In this document: positions 25,190-35,490 of the stretch, piece by piece
Layout of the letters: the number at the start of each line of letters is the position of its first letter
Numbering within the stretch: position 1 is the first letter of the stretch
Notes under the pieces: generated by a model
What the model saw: the letters and a program-made list of their open reading frames with translations, nothing else
Told to the model about the DNA's origin: nothing
Database searches by the model: none
From: an uncultured Gemmatimonadales bacterium
Lineage (GTDB): Bacteria > Pseudomonadota > Gammaproteobacteria > Pseudomonadales > IMCC2047
Length of the DNA stretch: 58,042 nt
Direction: 5' to 3'
Assembly (NCBI GenBank): GCA_964195105.1
Contig: CAXMOT010000106.1
Span: 1 to 58,042 of the forward strand
Program-made: the position numbers and the translations under genes

Positions 25190-26341
25190 GTGCCAATAGC
25201 AGTCTACGTCCTTTTTCTCGCTGCATTTTGTATCGGAACGACCGAGTTCGTCATCGCGGGTCTACTGCCGGAAATTTCCGCCGACCTGTCGGTATCAATT
25301 CCCGTCGCCGGATATCTTATTTCAGTTTACGCAATTGGTGTTGCCATTGGCGGGCCGATTATCACACTGGCGATTGCTAAATTCGCGAGAAAGCGCAATT
25401 TGCTGCTACTGATGGGAATTTTTATTGCTGGTCACGTGGTCTGCGCGCTTGCCCCTGGCTACGGCATGCTAATGGTGGGTCGACTTGTAGTCTCTCTTAG
25501 CCACGGGTCATTCTATGGGATTGCCTTAATCGTTGCCGCTTCACTCGTTCCGGTTAACAAAAGTGGCACGGCCATCGCATGGATCTTTGCCGGCATCAGC
25601 GTTGCCAATATACTAGGGGTACCGTTCGGAACCGCCATCGGGAACTGGTTTGGCTGGCGAGCAACTTTCTGGGTTGTTGGCGGTGCTGCAATAATCGCAG
25701 CTGCAGGCATTATGGCAACCATCCCCTCGGACAGCAATGCGGAAGGCGAGCGCCAACCACTCAGTGCCCAATTCTCGGCGTTGGCCAATCAAAAGGTCCT
25801 GATGACCTATTTAACCTTTGCAACAATGCTGGTGGGCTTTTGGTCTTTCTACACGTTCATAGCGCCCTATTTGGCAGAGGTCGCCGCCATCAGTCAGCAG
25901 GCGTTGCCGGTCATGCTGTTTTTGTTTGGCGCGGGGGCGACCACCGGATCAATGATCGGTGGGCGGCTGGCGGATTGGAACTTGTCGGCCACGTTGGCGA
26001 TTAGCCTACCGTTGCAGGCTCTGACCTATGTGGTTGTCGCATTATCCAGTACAAATCTTTATGTGTTGAGCGTTGTTCTATTCCTTTTCGGCATCTCTGC
26101 ATTCCTGCCCTCGTCCGCGATAGTGAACCGGATTCTGGCTGGTGCCGCCAAGGCGCCCGAACTTGCGTCTACACTTGTATCGTCCGCCGCCAACGCTGGT
26201 ATAGCTATCGGTGCATTGGTGGGAGCACTGGCTATTTCGAACGGCTTTGCCTATGGGCAGTTGCCTTGGGTGGGGATGTTCTTTGCGGCTTTGACCAGCG
26301 GGATAATTTTGATCAGCTTGAAGATTGAGAAGGCAGGCTGA
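25190..26341 (+). CDS. MFS transporter (DHA1-type efflux family)
   Basis: VPIAVYVLFLAAFCIGTTEFVIAGLLPEISADLSVSIPVAGYLISVYAIGVAIGGP with a 12-TM pattern. GTG 25190 follows AGAGGAAG. The track ORF begins at 25079, which adds an implausible non-membrane leader. Confidence 0.85.
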   Translation: MPIAVYVLFLAAFCIGTTEFVIAGLLPEISADLSVSIPVAGYLISVYAIGVAIGGPIITLAIAKFARKRNLLLLMGIFIAGHVVCALAPGYGMLMVGRLVVSLSHGSFYGIALIVAASLVPVNKSGTAIAWIFAGISVANILGVPFGTAIGNWFGWRATFWVVGGAAIIAAAGIMATIPSDSNAEGERQPLSAQFSALANQKVLMTYLTFATMLVGFWSFYTFIAPYLAEVAAISQQALPVMLFLFGAGATTGSMIGGRLADWNLSATLAISLPLQALTYVVVALSSTNLYVLSVVLFLFGISAFLPSSAIVNRILAGAAKAPELASTLVSSAANAGIAIGALVGALAISNGFAYGQLPWVGMFFAALTSGIILISLKIEKAG

Positions 26342-26631
26342 CACTTTAAAGGGATCAGAGTCCATTAATAGACAATCTTTACCTGTGGCACGGTCTCAGG
26401 CCGCTCCGTCCAGCTGCCGAGAAGCGCAGCGAATCCGGAGCAAATGCTTTTGGGTAGCCGGTCGCTACAAGCAGGCGAAACAAAAGTGCCTCGCTCAGCG
26501 AGAGCGAAATAATAACATTAGGGTCGAAGTCGAATTTTAAAAAGTATTAGGAAAAACAGGATTTTAACACCAATACGATATCGAAAAGATTTCAACTTAA
26601 GCAGTCGAAGCCCTTACCGCTAATTGGTTTC

Positions 26632-26655
26632 GTCTGCCCTCAGTAGAGGGCAGAC
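26632..26655 (+). other. perfect 10-bp stem hairpin in a 445-bp intergenic region
   Basis: GTCTGCCCTC-AGTA-GAGGGCAGAC. A T5 run begins 9 nt downstream, so this is at most a weak terminator. Confidence 0.4.
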
Positions 26656-26695
26656 ATATTAGCTTTTTCAATGTTCCAAGTTTCGCTCGCACCTA

Positions 26696-26725
26696 GTACT
26701 CTAACTATCTGATAAGTTAGAGTAC
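26696..26725. promoter_or_regulatory. 11-bp-arm inverted repeat upstream of the S1-domain gene (operator or leader hairpin candidate)
   Basis: GTACTCTAACT-N8-AGTTAGAGTAC, 62 nt upstream of ATG 26787. Confidence 0.35.
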
Positions 26726-26786
26726 GGCTAGTTACCACGCCTACAATTGGCAACCCTGCATTCACACACGCACAAGATAGCCCAAT

Positions 26787-27623
26787 ATGACAAAAATAGG
26801 TCGCATTAACCGTTTAAAGGTTCTTCGAGAAGTTGATTTTGGTCTATTCCTCGATGGAGAAAATCTGGATAGCATTTTGCTGCCGCGTCGTTATGTGCCG
26901 GACGATACCAAGGTGGGTGATTGGCTTGATGTATTCATTTATCTGGACTCTGAAGATCGACTCATAGCCACCACTCAGAAAGCCAAGGTAATGGTCGGCC
27001 AATGTGCGTATCTTAAAGTGGTATCAACAACGGATATCGGTGCGTTTGTCGACTGGGGGCTTCCGAAGGATCTGCTGGTGCCCTTTTCGGGGCAAACCAA
27101 GCCGATGGAAGTAGGGCATTCCTATACGGTGTATGTCTATGTTGATGAGCATACTGATCGTATCGTCGCGTCCTGCAAACTCAGTAAGTTTTTAAGTGAA
27201 GAGGGCGATGAATTGTTGCAGAAACAGGCGGTAGATTTGCTTATTTGTCAGCGTACGGACCTTGGCTACATGGCGGTGATTGATAATACGCACCTTGGTC
27301 TGTTGTTTGATCATGAGATACTGCAACCGGTTAAATTTGGACAACGCCTCAAGGGCTATATCAAGGAAATACGCAGCGACAAAAAAATTGGCCTTTGCCT
27401 GCAATTTCAGGGGCAAGAGGCGCGTGATGAGCTTTCGCAACAAATTCTGGATGATTTGAAAAAACGGGGCGGGACGTCATTGCTGACCGATAAAAGCTCA
27501 CCGGATGATATTTTTGAACAGTTCAATGTCAGCAAAGGCAACTACAAACGCGCCTTGGGTTCCCTTTATAAAGAGCGCTTAATATCAATCGAGCGTGACA
27601 AAATTACGCTCTTGGAACAATAG
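26787..27623 (+). CDS. S1 RNA-binding domain protein, CvfB/YitL family
   Basis: MTKIGRINRLKVLREVDFGLFLDGENLDSILLPRRYVP...GAFVDWGLPKDLLVPFS, with a C-terminal winged-helix-like tail. Confidence 0.8.
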   Translation: MTKIGRINRLKVLREVDFGLFLDGENLDSILLPRRYVPDDTKVGDWLDVFIYLDSEDRLIATTQKAKVMVGQCAYLKVVSTTDIGAFVDWGLPKDLLVPFSGQTKPMEVGHSYTVYVYVDEHTDRIVASCKLSKFLSEEGDELLQKQAVDLLICQRTDLGYMAVIDNTHLGLLFDHEILQPVKFGQRLKGYIKEIRSDKKIGLCLQFQGQEARDELSQQILDDLKKRGGTSLLTDKSSPDDIFEQFNVSKGNYKRALGSLYKERLISIERDKITLLEQ

Positions 27624-27761
27624 GGGAAAGACCACATTTCCACGCTAAATCATAATCGGGGTCAGTGTAAACTTTCTGACCACTATGGTCAGACACATTT
27701 AAACAGTGCAGCTTCGCTATCGCTCGTTTTATCCAACTGAGTTAGCCGCGGAGGAGTCGTA

Positions 27762-28400
27762 TTGCATCATGTCATGTTCGATGTCGACGGAACGCTAGTT
27801 GAGTCTTTCAGGTTTGATGAAGAGTGTTACATTGATGCTGTATCGCAGGTGCTCGGTCACAACATCGGCAGTGATTGGACGAAGTATCCCCACATTACAG
27901 ATGCAGGAATCCTGGAGCAGCACCTGCAGAATTATGGAATTACCCATGATCGCGAGACGATACACGCACAGGTCAAATCTGTATTCATAGCCAATATAAC
28001 GGAATACCTTTCTTCCTCCCCTGCGCAAGAAGTCCCTGGGGCAGCGAAGTTCATCGCTTTTCTACGAAAACAGAGAAATATTAGCCTTTCGATTGCAACC
28101 GGTGGTTGGGGCGAAACCGCACGATTGAAACTCATTTCAGCGGGTGTGGATATTACCGGTATCCCGATGGCCTCTTCAAACGACCACCATTCGCGTACTG
28201 AAATTATGCAATTGGCGCTTCGTAAAGCGGCTGTCGCTCCAGGACATAAGCTGACTTACTTCGGTGACGCAGAATGGGACAAGGAGGCGTGCGAAGAATT
28301 GCAGTTCAACTTTGTATTGGTAGGAAATAGAATCGAACATAGTCAAGCTGTCGGTGATTTTGAAGCTGCAGCGCTAGCATGTAAATTCATTGGTTTATAA
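27762..28400 (+). CDS. HAD family hydrolase
   Basis: Motif I FDVDGTLVES, then later SIATGG and GDAEWD motifs. Confidence 0.8.
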   Translation: MHHVMFDVDGTLVESFRFDEECYIDAVSQVLGHNIGSDWTKYPHITDAGILEQHLQNYGITHDRETIHAQVKSVFIANITEYLSSSPAQEVPGAAKFIAFLRKQRNISLSIATGGWGETARLKLISAGVDITGIPMASSNDHHSRTEIMQLALRKAAVAPGHKLTYFGDAEWDKEACEELQFNFVLVGNRIEHSQAVGDFEAAALACKFIGL

Positions 28401-28441
28401 CAGCCAGAATAAGGGGGAGGAGGGATTAAGTGTACTTTTTC

Positions 28442-28786
28442 TTATTCGGGTAGCAGGACTGCATTCATCTCAGCGGTGGTTTTATTTATTTCAATCTGCA
28501 CTTCACAGTACTCATTGTTCTCGCCAATGGGAGTTGGGTCGTCTGCGCAGTTACAGCCGGCAATAATCCCTGAATAAAAAACACCTACTTTTGCACGTAT
28601 CAAGTTTGTTTGCTCAGACACACTAATGATCATCACGCTAAGGTTGTTATCCAGCGCATAGCTACTCGTTGAAAGTCCCTGCTGCAAGGGAAGGTCTTTA
28701 GCACCTAATTTTTCGATTTCCTTCTTGAGAATGCCCTCAAAATCGCTGGCTCCCCAGCTACTTAATGCTTTACTAAGTCGAACCAT
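28442..28786 (-). CDS. hypothetical protein
   Basis: Clean 114-118-aa ORF in the low-GC islet (MVRLSKALSSWGASDFEGILKKEIEKLG...GCNCADDPTP...). I do not recognise a family with confidence. Confidence 0.55.
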   Translation of the reverse strand: MVRLSKALSSWGASDFEGILKKEIEKLGAKDLPLQQGLSTSSYALDNNLSVMIISVSEQTNLIRAKVGVFYSGIIAGCNCADDPTPIGENNEYCEVQIEINKTTAEMNAVLLPE

Positions 28787-28954
28787 TGGGAATTCCATTA
28801 GTTAGTAACAAATGCCATTGTAGAACAATAGGAGTAAATAAGAGATCGCCGCGCTTCGCTCGCGATAACAAAGTTAGATTCAAAATTCCCGCCCATTGCC
28901 ATCCCCCCACCAAAATGGCACTCTCCAATCACACCACATCCAAAAGGTAGTGCC

Positions 28955-29572
28955 ATGAAATTCATCGGCAGATATATGCTAACAGGGCTGGTAACAGTCC
29001 TCCCCGTAGTCTTGACGCTCTATCTGCTTTATTGGATCGCCACATCCGCCGAAACGGCACTGGGCGGCCTCATCCGCCTGATTCTCCCCGACGTGCTCTA
29101 CTGGCCCGGAATGGGACTGATTGCCGGTGTGGGTGTGATCTTCCTCATAGGTCTGCTGATGCACGCATACCTCGTGCAGCGGCTTTTCTCCATCGCCGAA
29201 CAGGTGCTGTATAAAATGCCGCTGGTACGGTCAATTTACGGTGCAATAAGCGACTTCTTTAATTACTTCTCGCCACGAAAACAGCGGGAGTTTGAGCAGG
29301 TTGTTGCGGTAACCATGGGCGAAACTGACATGGAAACGATCGGCTTTGTGACCCAGGCTGATCCCGATCAGTTGCCGGTGGGCATACAACAGGAAGGCGA
29401 AGAGCAGCGGGTATTGGTGTACCTGCCGATGAGTTATATGATCGGTGGCTACGCGGTGCTGGTGCCCCGCAGTCGCGTACGTCCATTGAGCATGAGTATG
29501 GAAGAGGCGATGCGCTTTACCCTGACCGCCGGCGTCACCGGGTCGGGAGCCGGGTCCCGGTCGCGCGGTTAA
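28955..29572 (+). CDS. DUF502 domain-containing membrane protein
   Basis: LTGLVTVLPVVLTLYLLYWI...PLVRSIYGAISDF... is the typical DUF502 pattern. Confidence 0.8.
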   Translation: MKFIGRYMLTGLVTVLPVVLTLYLLYWIATSAETALGGLIRLILPDVLYWPGMGLIAGVGVIFLIGLLMHAYLVQRLFSIAEQVLYKMPLVRSIYGAISDFFNYFSPRKQREFEQVVAVTMGETDMETIGFVTQADPDQLPVGIQQEGEEQRVLVYLPMSYMIGGYAVLVPRSRVRPLSMSMEEAMRFTLTAGVTGSGAGSRSRG

Positions 29573-29602
29573 TGTTACATATCCTGCTACGCTCAACCAC
29601 GC

Positions 29603-30886
29603 ATGGTTACTGATCTCCATAACTCCAGCCGGGGGCTTCACTGGCTAGGCCTGTTCTGCCTGGTGTTTGCCGGCGAAATGATCTTCGGATTGCCATTTAA
29701 TGTAGCGCGATTCTTTCGCCCGACCCTGCTTGACGTGTTCGGCCTGTCCAATGCCGATCTTGGGGATATCTTTGCGGTGTATGGGGTGATGGCAATGCTG
29801 GCGTATTTTCCCGGTGGCGCAATTGCTGATCGTTTCTCAGCACGCCAACTGATGACCGTATCACTGTTGGCCACCGCCCTAGGCGGCCTGTATATGGCCC
29901 AGGTTCCGGGTCGCACTGGGCTTATGGTGTTATTCGGCTATTGGGGCGTTACGTCGATCCTGCTGTTTTGGGCGGCTCTGATAAAAGCAACCCGGGAGTG
30001 GGGCGGCGACCTGGAACAGGGTCGTGCTTTTGGCATACTCGATGGCGGTCGCGGTTTGATAGCCGCCGCAGTCGCAACGCTGGCGGTAATGCTATTGAGC
30101 GCCGCACTCCCCACAGACCCCGCCAGCGTTTCCGGGCCGGAAAGAAAAGCAGCCCTGCAGTCGGTGATTTACTTTTATACCAGCGTTACCCTCGCTGCTG
30201 CCATCCTGACCTGGTGGACTATTCCTGATGGTAAGCCAAATACTGACGGTCGCGCAGCAGCGACCGTGGTGCATGTGTTGGAGGTGCTGCGAAAGCCGCA
30301 GGTCTGGTGCCAGGCAGGGATCGTGATCTGTGCCTACTGTGGCTACAAGGGGCTCGATAACTATGGCCTGTATGCGGTTGAAGTTCTGGGTAAGAACGAG
30401 GTTGAGGCTGCCGGATTTACAGCTACTGCTGCCTATATCCGTCCTCTGGCGGCTGTTGGCGCGGGTTTTCTGGCGGATCGGTTTAGCGCCAGCAGGATCG
30501 TCGGCACAGGATTTGGACTGTTGATTCCGGCCTATGCGGTATTGGCGTTTACGTCGCCAGAAAACCTGGGATTGAACCTGCTGTACGCCAACCTGGTGGT
30601 TACGTTTTTCGCTGTGTTTGCGCTCCGCGCGGTGTACTTCGCGCTGCTGGAAGAGACCCGGATAGGCAAGGATGTTACCGGCACGGCGGTGGGGCTGATC
30701 TCGGTGGTGGGGTTTACCCCGGATATTTTCTTCGCACCGGTCGCGGGCAGGTTGTTGGATAGCACGCCGGGTGTCGTAGGTCACCAGCATTATTTCATGC
30801 TGCTCGCAGGGTTTGCCGCCTTCGGGTTGATAATTACGCTAATCCTCACCTTAAGCGTTCGGGCCAGGCGCAGGGCGAGCCTTTAA
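29603..30886 (+). CDS. MFS transporter
   Basis: 427 aa with a 12-TM hydrophobic pattern. Substrate unknown. Confidence 0.75.
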   Translation: MVTDLHNSSRGLHWLGLFCLVFAGEMIFGLPFNVARFFRPTLLDVFGLSNADLGDIFAVYGVMAMLAYFPGGAIADRFSARQLMTVSLLATALGGLYMAQVPGRTGLMVLFGYWGVTSILLFWAALIKATREWGGDLEQGRAFGILDGGRGLIAAAVATLAVMLLSAALPTDPASVSGPERKAALQSVIYFYTSVTLAAAILTWWTIPDGKPNTDGRAAATVVHVLEVLRKPQVWCQAGIVICAYCGYKGLDNYGLYAVEVLGKNEVEAAGFTATAAYIRPLAAVGAGFLADRFSASRIVGTGFGLLIPAYAVLAFTSPENLGLNLLYANLVVTFFAVFALRAVYFALLEETRIGKDVTGTAVGLISVVGFTPDIFFAPVAGRLLDSTPGVVGHQHYFMLLAGFAAFGLIITLILTLSVRARRRASL

Positions 30887-30902
30887 CGCTGTGCCACTTT
30901 GA

Positions 30903-32054
30903 TCAGGGCCGACCGGCCAGCATCGAGCGGTTGAGGTCTTTTACCGAATGGCAGCCCATCAGCATCATATTCCTTACCATTTCATCGTGGAGTTGCGTCA
31001 TGGCGCGATCGACACCCGCCTGTCCAGCGCCGGCTAACGGATACAGATACATACGCCCGCCCGAACACGCGGTAGCGCCCATCGCGAGGGCCTTGAGTAC
31101 GTGGGTGCCCCGGCGGATTCCGCCATCCAGGATGATTTCAATCTGCCCGCCAACCGCATCGGAAATAGCCGCGAGTTGATCGAACGGGGATCGAGAACCG
31201 TCCAGTTGGCGTCCGCCGTGGTTGGAGATCATGATGGCGCTGGCACCGATTTCGACGGCTTTTTTTGCATCCGCGACCGACATGACACCCTTGAGGGCAA
31301 ACGGGCCGTTCCATTCTTCCACGAGCCGGGCGGCGTCATCCCAGCTAATGCAGGGTTCCAACTGGCTATTGAGGTAGTCGCCGACAGATGAGGCGATGTC
31401 GCTGCCCTGGGCTATATAACGCGATACGTTGGGCAGGTCGAACTTTTCCCTGAGCAGGTAGTTGAAGGTCCACTCCGGGTGCAGGGCAAAACTAAGCAGG
31501 CTCTTCGGCGTGAGCCTCGGCGGCGTGGTCATGCCCGTCAGGTAATCGCGTTCGCGGTTGCCGGCGACGATGGTATCGACCGTGAGGGCCAGGGCGTTGA
31601 AATTTGCGGCCTTGCAGCGTGCGATCAAGTCAGTATTGAGCGCGCGATCCTTGTGGATATAGATCTGGAATAATTTCGGACCTGCCGTGAATGTGCCCAT
31701 CTCTTCAATGCCGCGCGTCCCAATGGTCGAGATGCCGTAGAGCGTGCCGAACTTCTCTGCTACTCGGGCGATGGCGCGCTCGCCATCATGGTGAAACAAC
31801 CGCTGCATCGCCGTGGGCGAGAAAAACAATGGCATCTTCAAGTCTTGCCCCAGTACCCGGGTGCCAAGGTCAACTGCATCTATACCGGTTAGCACATTGG
31901 GTACCAGATCCATGGTTTCGAACGCATCGGTGTTGCGGCGTAACGTCACCTCGTCGTCGGCGCCGCCGTCAATATAGTGGAAGATGGGGCCGGGTAACCG
32001 TTGCTTGGCAAGCTTGCGATAGTCTGCGGTGTTATAACAGCGGGATAATTTCAT
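30903..32054 (-). CDS. FMN-dependent alpha-hydroxy-acid dehydrogenase/oxidase (L-lactate dehydrogenase-like)
   Basis: YRKLAKQRLPGPIFHYIDGGADDEVTLRRN...SNHGGRQLDG...DGGIRRGTHVLKALAMGA. Confidence 0.9.
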   Translation of the reverse strand: MKLSRCYNTADYRKLAKQRLPGPIFHYIDGGADDEVTLRRNTDAFETMDLVPNVLTGIDAVDLGTRVLGQDLKMPLFFSPTAMQRLFHHDGERAIARVAEKFGTLYGISTIGTRGIEEMGTFTAGPKLFQIYIHKDRALNTDLIARCKAANFNALALTVDTIVAGNRERDYLTGMTTPPRLTPKSLLSFALHPEWTFNYLLREKFDLPNVSRYIAQGSDIASSVGDYLNSQLEPCISWDDAARLVEEWNGPFALKGVMSVADAKKAVEIGASAIMISNHGGRQLDGSRSPFDQLAAISDAVGGQIEIILDGGIRRGTHVLKALAMGATACSGGRMYLYPLAGAGQAGVDRAMTQLHDEMVRNMMLMGCHSVKDLNRSMLAGRP

Positions 32055-32325
32055 CTTGGGGCTTTTGGTTTCTGGTGTTGGCTTATTGTAATAGACAGTT
32101 GTGATGGACTCTTTTGGTAGAAAAGGGGCGGCGAATCGATCGGGTTATTCTATACAGAAGTTGAACCGGGTAGCCAGCGTTAGATAACAACTACTTTATA
32201 TGCAGGTTGCTGCGGCTTGCAGATAGGAGGAGAATAATGCTCGGCGAGGGATTCCGTCTCGCCGATTCCAGTTGTTCCGCTTAACACGATTGAGTATCCG
32301 GCCTCCGGATACAAGGAGAATCACC

Positions 32326-33021
32326 ATGTTCATGCAAACATTTCTCAGTTTCGCTCTTATCCTTTTTTCAGCCACCAGCCTCAATGTCGCCGCACAGGTT
32401 GAAGGCGTGTACGGAATGGTCGTTAAAGACCCGACTGCCTTGGTCACCGCAATGGATACCTGGAACGGGTCCAAGGACAGCGATGGCGGCCAAACGGTCA
32501 CTCTCTATGAAAACGTATTTAACGGCGCGGATCCTTCCACGCACTTTATTGTTGCCGACTACCCGGATTACGGTGCCTTCGAGAAGCAATGGAATCGCAT
32601 GAGATCATCTGAAGATTTCGCACAATTGATGCAGACGATCAGTTCAGTCGCAACGCCCAGTTGGGAAAGCCTGTCCGTTCACCTTGCAACCTATGGTGAG
32701 GGGTGGAACGAGCATAACTATGTGGCGGCCATCTCATTACAGGTAAAGAACCCAGGTGCTTATGCCGAGGCATTCGATGAGTTGATGACCTCGAAGACAG
32801 GCAAAAGCGTTAAAGGGGTGAGCAAGCTGATTCAAGTCAGGGCAGGTGAGGGTGTTAGCCATGTCGTGGTGATTACCGGCGATACCTTTACCGAAATTAA
32901 TGAGGGGCTCGATGCCACTTTTGCCAGCAAGGAATTTGCCGAGTTCGCGGCGAAAGTCCGGGACAATCGCACAGTGCTTGGCACTTCCTTCTACAAGGTG
33001 GTGAAACGCTGGAAACATTAA
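32326..33021 (+). CDS. secreted hypothetical protein
   Basis: AAGGAGA followed by ATG 32326. Signal peptide MFMQTFLSFALILFSATSLNVAAQ. The mature part looks like two similar halves of about 100 aa. No family recognised. Confidence 0.6.
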   Translation: MFMQTFLSFALILFSATSLNVAAQVEGVYGMVVKDPTALVTAMDTWNGSKDSDGGQTVTLYENVFNGADPSTHFIVADYPDYGAFEKQWNRMRSSEDFAQLMQTISSVATPSWESLSVHLATYGEGWNEHNYVAAISLQVKNPGAYAEAFDELMTSKTGKSVKGVSKLIQVRAGEGVSHVVVITGDTFTEINEGLDATFASKEFAEFAAKVRDNRTVLGTSFYKVVKRWKH

Positions 33022-33050
33022 CAGCTGAAAGTTTTCGAACCCGGAACCAA

Positions 33051-33593
33051 CTACCGGCTCATTGTGATCCTGTCAAAGGCCCTGGCCTGGATTAAGTCGA
33101 TACGGAGTTTGCTTTCATTATCCACCGATACCTGCGCGGCTTCGCAGTAGCGCAGGATATTGTTGGTGCCTGCCTGCTGTGCCATAGCAGCCGTGAGCAT
33201 TGCGGCCGGGTATTGATTGGCGATACGTTCCAGACCCATTTCCTGGGCCTTTTCCGCGTCCAGCTCGCAGGCCTTAATGTCTTCGCGCAGGGTATGCCAT
33301 TGTTCTGTGGAGAGGCTTTCAAATTCACCAGGTGCCTGTTTCATCCAGCTGCGTGCGCTGCGCAAGGGTTTTACCACCGCATCGCGCCAGCTAGTTGAAA
33401 AACGCAGTGCCTCGGTGAGGCAGTTATCATGGAAATCACCACGAGCCCCTCCATACCAAAGGCTAAACAGCAGCATATTCACATCGACGCCGCGCTCGTT
33501 TTGCAGCCACAGGCACGCTTCAGGCACGCCGTCGAGGCGATAGGTGGCTATCGAGAAGTCCCAGAATACCGGTTCTATGTGGAGGTCGGTCAC
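33051..33593 (-). CDS. TIGR02444/DUF2390 family protein
   Basis: FWDFSIATYRLDGVPEACLWLQNERGVDVNMLLFSLWYG matches my recollection of the family N-terminus. Confidence 0.65.
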   Translation of the reverse strand: MTDLHIEPVFWDFSIATYRLDGVPEACLWLQNERGVDVNMLLFSLWYGGARGDFHDNCLTEALRFSTSWRDAVVKPLRSARSWMKQAPGEFESLSTEQWHTLREDIKACELDAEKAQEMGLERIANQYPAAMLTAAMAQQAGTNNILRYCEAAQVSVDNESKLRIDLIQARAFDRITMSR

Positions 33594-33614
33594 TGTCAGC
33601 GAGGATCCGGCCGC

Positions 33615-34190
33615 CTAAGCGCCTTGCCAACGATTGACCAGCCCGGCATCGATATCGAACAGGTCAAGGACGCGGCCGACGGAGTAGTTAATGATGTCGT
33701 CCACCGATGTGGGTTTGGCGTAGAAGGCAGGCATCGGTGGTGCAATGTGGATTCCCATCTGCGCGGCTTCAAGTAGCAGTTTGCAGTGGCCCACATGCAG
33801 GGGTGTTTCGCGGGGCATCAGTACCAGTTTGCGGCCTTCCTTGAGCACGACATCGGCGGCCCGGGTTAACAGGTTGTCGGCATAGGAATGCACCACGGCA
33901 GACAGGGTTTTGATGGAGCAAGGGGCTATGATCATGCCTGCAGTCCTGAACGAGCCACTGGCGATGCTGGCAGCGACATTATTGCTGGAATGCACCACGT
34001 CGGCCAACGCCTCGACGTCCTTCAACTGGTATTCGGTTTCAATCTTGACGTTGAGTTTGGCGGTGTTCGACATCACCAGGTGGGTTTCGATGTCCGCAGC
34101 CTCGCGCAACACTTCGAGTAACCGAATGCCATAAATAACACCACTGGCGCCGGATATGCCCACGATCAGCTTCAATGCCTGTCTCCTCAA
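33615..34190 (-). CDS. ubiX: flavin prenyltransferase UbiX
   Basis: LIVGISGASGVIYGIRLLEVL...MIIAPCSIKTLSAV...RKLVLMPRETPL. Confidence 0.93.
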   Translation of the reverse strand: MRRQALKLIVGISGASGVIYGIRLLEVLREAADIETHLVMSNTAKLNVKIETEYQLKDVEALADVVHSSNNVAASIASGSFRTAGMIIAPCSIKTLSAVVHSYADNLLTRAADVVLKEGRKLVLMPRETPLHVGHCKLLLEAAQMGIHIAPPMPAFYAKPTSVDDIINYSVGRVLDLFDIDAGLVNRWQGA

Positions 34191-34314
34191 TTGCTAAAGT
34201 CGGGTTGCAGTATATTCGCAACGCCCCCTGAAACCAATGCCACCATCGTTTAGTGATGGCACTACCCCGGGCTGTCAGCGGCGCGCTGTTATACGGCGAA
34301 TGCCAAAGCGGCCG

Positions 34315-35232
34315 TTATGGGGACTTCAGGCGGGCGGCATTGTCTCGAAAATAGCCGGCGAGTTCGCTCGCTGCCGGTCCCGTTAACTCGCGTTTGGGAA
34401 AAACCATTACCAGATCCACTGAGCGAGTGCCCAAATCCTGCACTGGCAGCGGTTTCAGCTGGCCTAAGTCGATATAACCCGCGACCTTGTCGAGGGGAAT
34501 CCAGGCGAATCCCAAACCCTGCAGCAACAGTTCTATCGAATTACTGAAATGACTTACAGTCCAGCGTCGCTCCGCTTCCAGCCAGCCAGCGCTCAAGCGT
34601 CGGTAGGCTCCGGAATCCCGTACCACAATCTGGCGCTGCGCGCGCAGGTCCTGCTCGCTGAGTTCCCTGCCTAGCTGATGGAGAGGGTGGTTAACATGAG
34701 CCACGGGGATAAAGGGGATTCGCGATAAATACTCGCTTCTGTACCCCGGGGGAGGAACACCGCATAACGCCAAGTCTGCCTTACCCTGGACAATCATATC
34801 CTGGGTACCTGATAGCGCGCTTTCGACAATATCAACGCGAATATCAGGATGCGCCGCTTCGAAGGCGCGCAGGCTGCTGACCCATAACGATGTAGGCGTA
34901 ATAACGTCGGCGGCCAGGGTGATTTCGGCTTCCCAGCCACGCGCCAGGTTATCGGCGGTGTTTTCGAGTGTGTTGGCGTCGTTGAGCAGGCTTCGAGCGC
35001 GCCGCAGCAACGCCTCGCCGGCGTCGGTCAAAACGGCACGCCGCCCTTTGATCTCAAATACCCTGAGCCCAATTTGTGACTGCAGGCGCTGCATGGCATA
35101 GCTGACCGTGGACTGACTCTTCAGGAGCTTGTCGGCTGCGGCCGAATAGCCACCGCAGTCAACGACGCTGGTAAAGATACGCCACTGTTCAAGGGTAACC
35201 CTTGATTCTTTATCCGGTTCAGGAGATGTCAT
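34315..35232 (-). CDS. LysR family transcriptional regulator
   Basis: HTH LEQWRIFTSVVDCGGYSAAADKLLKSQSTVSYAMQRLQSQIG plus a LysR substrate-binding domain. The ATG at 35232 is preferred to the track start at 35286. Confidence 0.9.
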   Translation of the reverse strand: MTSPEPDKESRVTLEQWRIFTSVVDCGGYSAAADKLLKSQSTVSYAMQRLQSQIGLRVFEIKGRRAVLTDAGEALLRRARSLLNDANTLENTADNLARGWEAEITLAADVITPTSLWVSSLRAFEAAHPDIRVDIVESALSGTQDMIVQGKADLALCGVPPPGYRSEYLSRIPFIPVAHVNHPLHQLGRELSEQDLRAQRQIVVRDSGAYRRLSAGWLEAERRWTVSHFSNSIELLLQGLGFAWIPLDKVAGYIDLGQLKPLPVQDLGTRSVDLVMVFPKRELTGPAASELAGYFRDNAARLKSP

Positions 35233-35339
35233 GTGTTTTGTCCCGAAAAAGTCCGCACGAAGTCGTACTGGTCCGTTGGAGCGCAAGCGAATGTGATTGT
35301 TTTCTTCGCTTATCTATCCCCAAAGATGACACGCTATGT

Positions 35340-35354
35340 ATCGATAAACTCGAT
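35340..35354. promoter_or_regulatory. LysR-type T-N11-A box in the lysR/azoR divergent region
   Basis: ATCGATAAACTCGAT (palindromic ATCGA-N5-TCGAT) lies between the divergent LysR and azoR genes. Confidence 0.5.
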
Positions 35355-35490
35355 CATATACATCTAGTATAGGGGGTTTAACATCGATAGCATAGATATA
35401 TACTGGTCCCAGTTGCGGAACACCGAAAATTAATGCTCCGCGAAAACTTATTAACCAGCTCAAGCGAACATTTAAAAAGGATCATAGAAC

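Noticed and set aside
30092-30790. 232-aa minus-strand ORF (and similar ORFs at 37564..38199 and 15686..16249)
   Set aside because: They are antisense to, or overlap, better-supported genes or the structured element. Composition is Arg/Gly/Gln-rich with no motifs.
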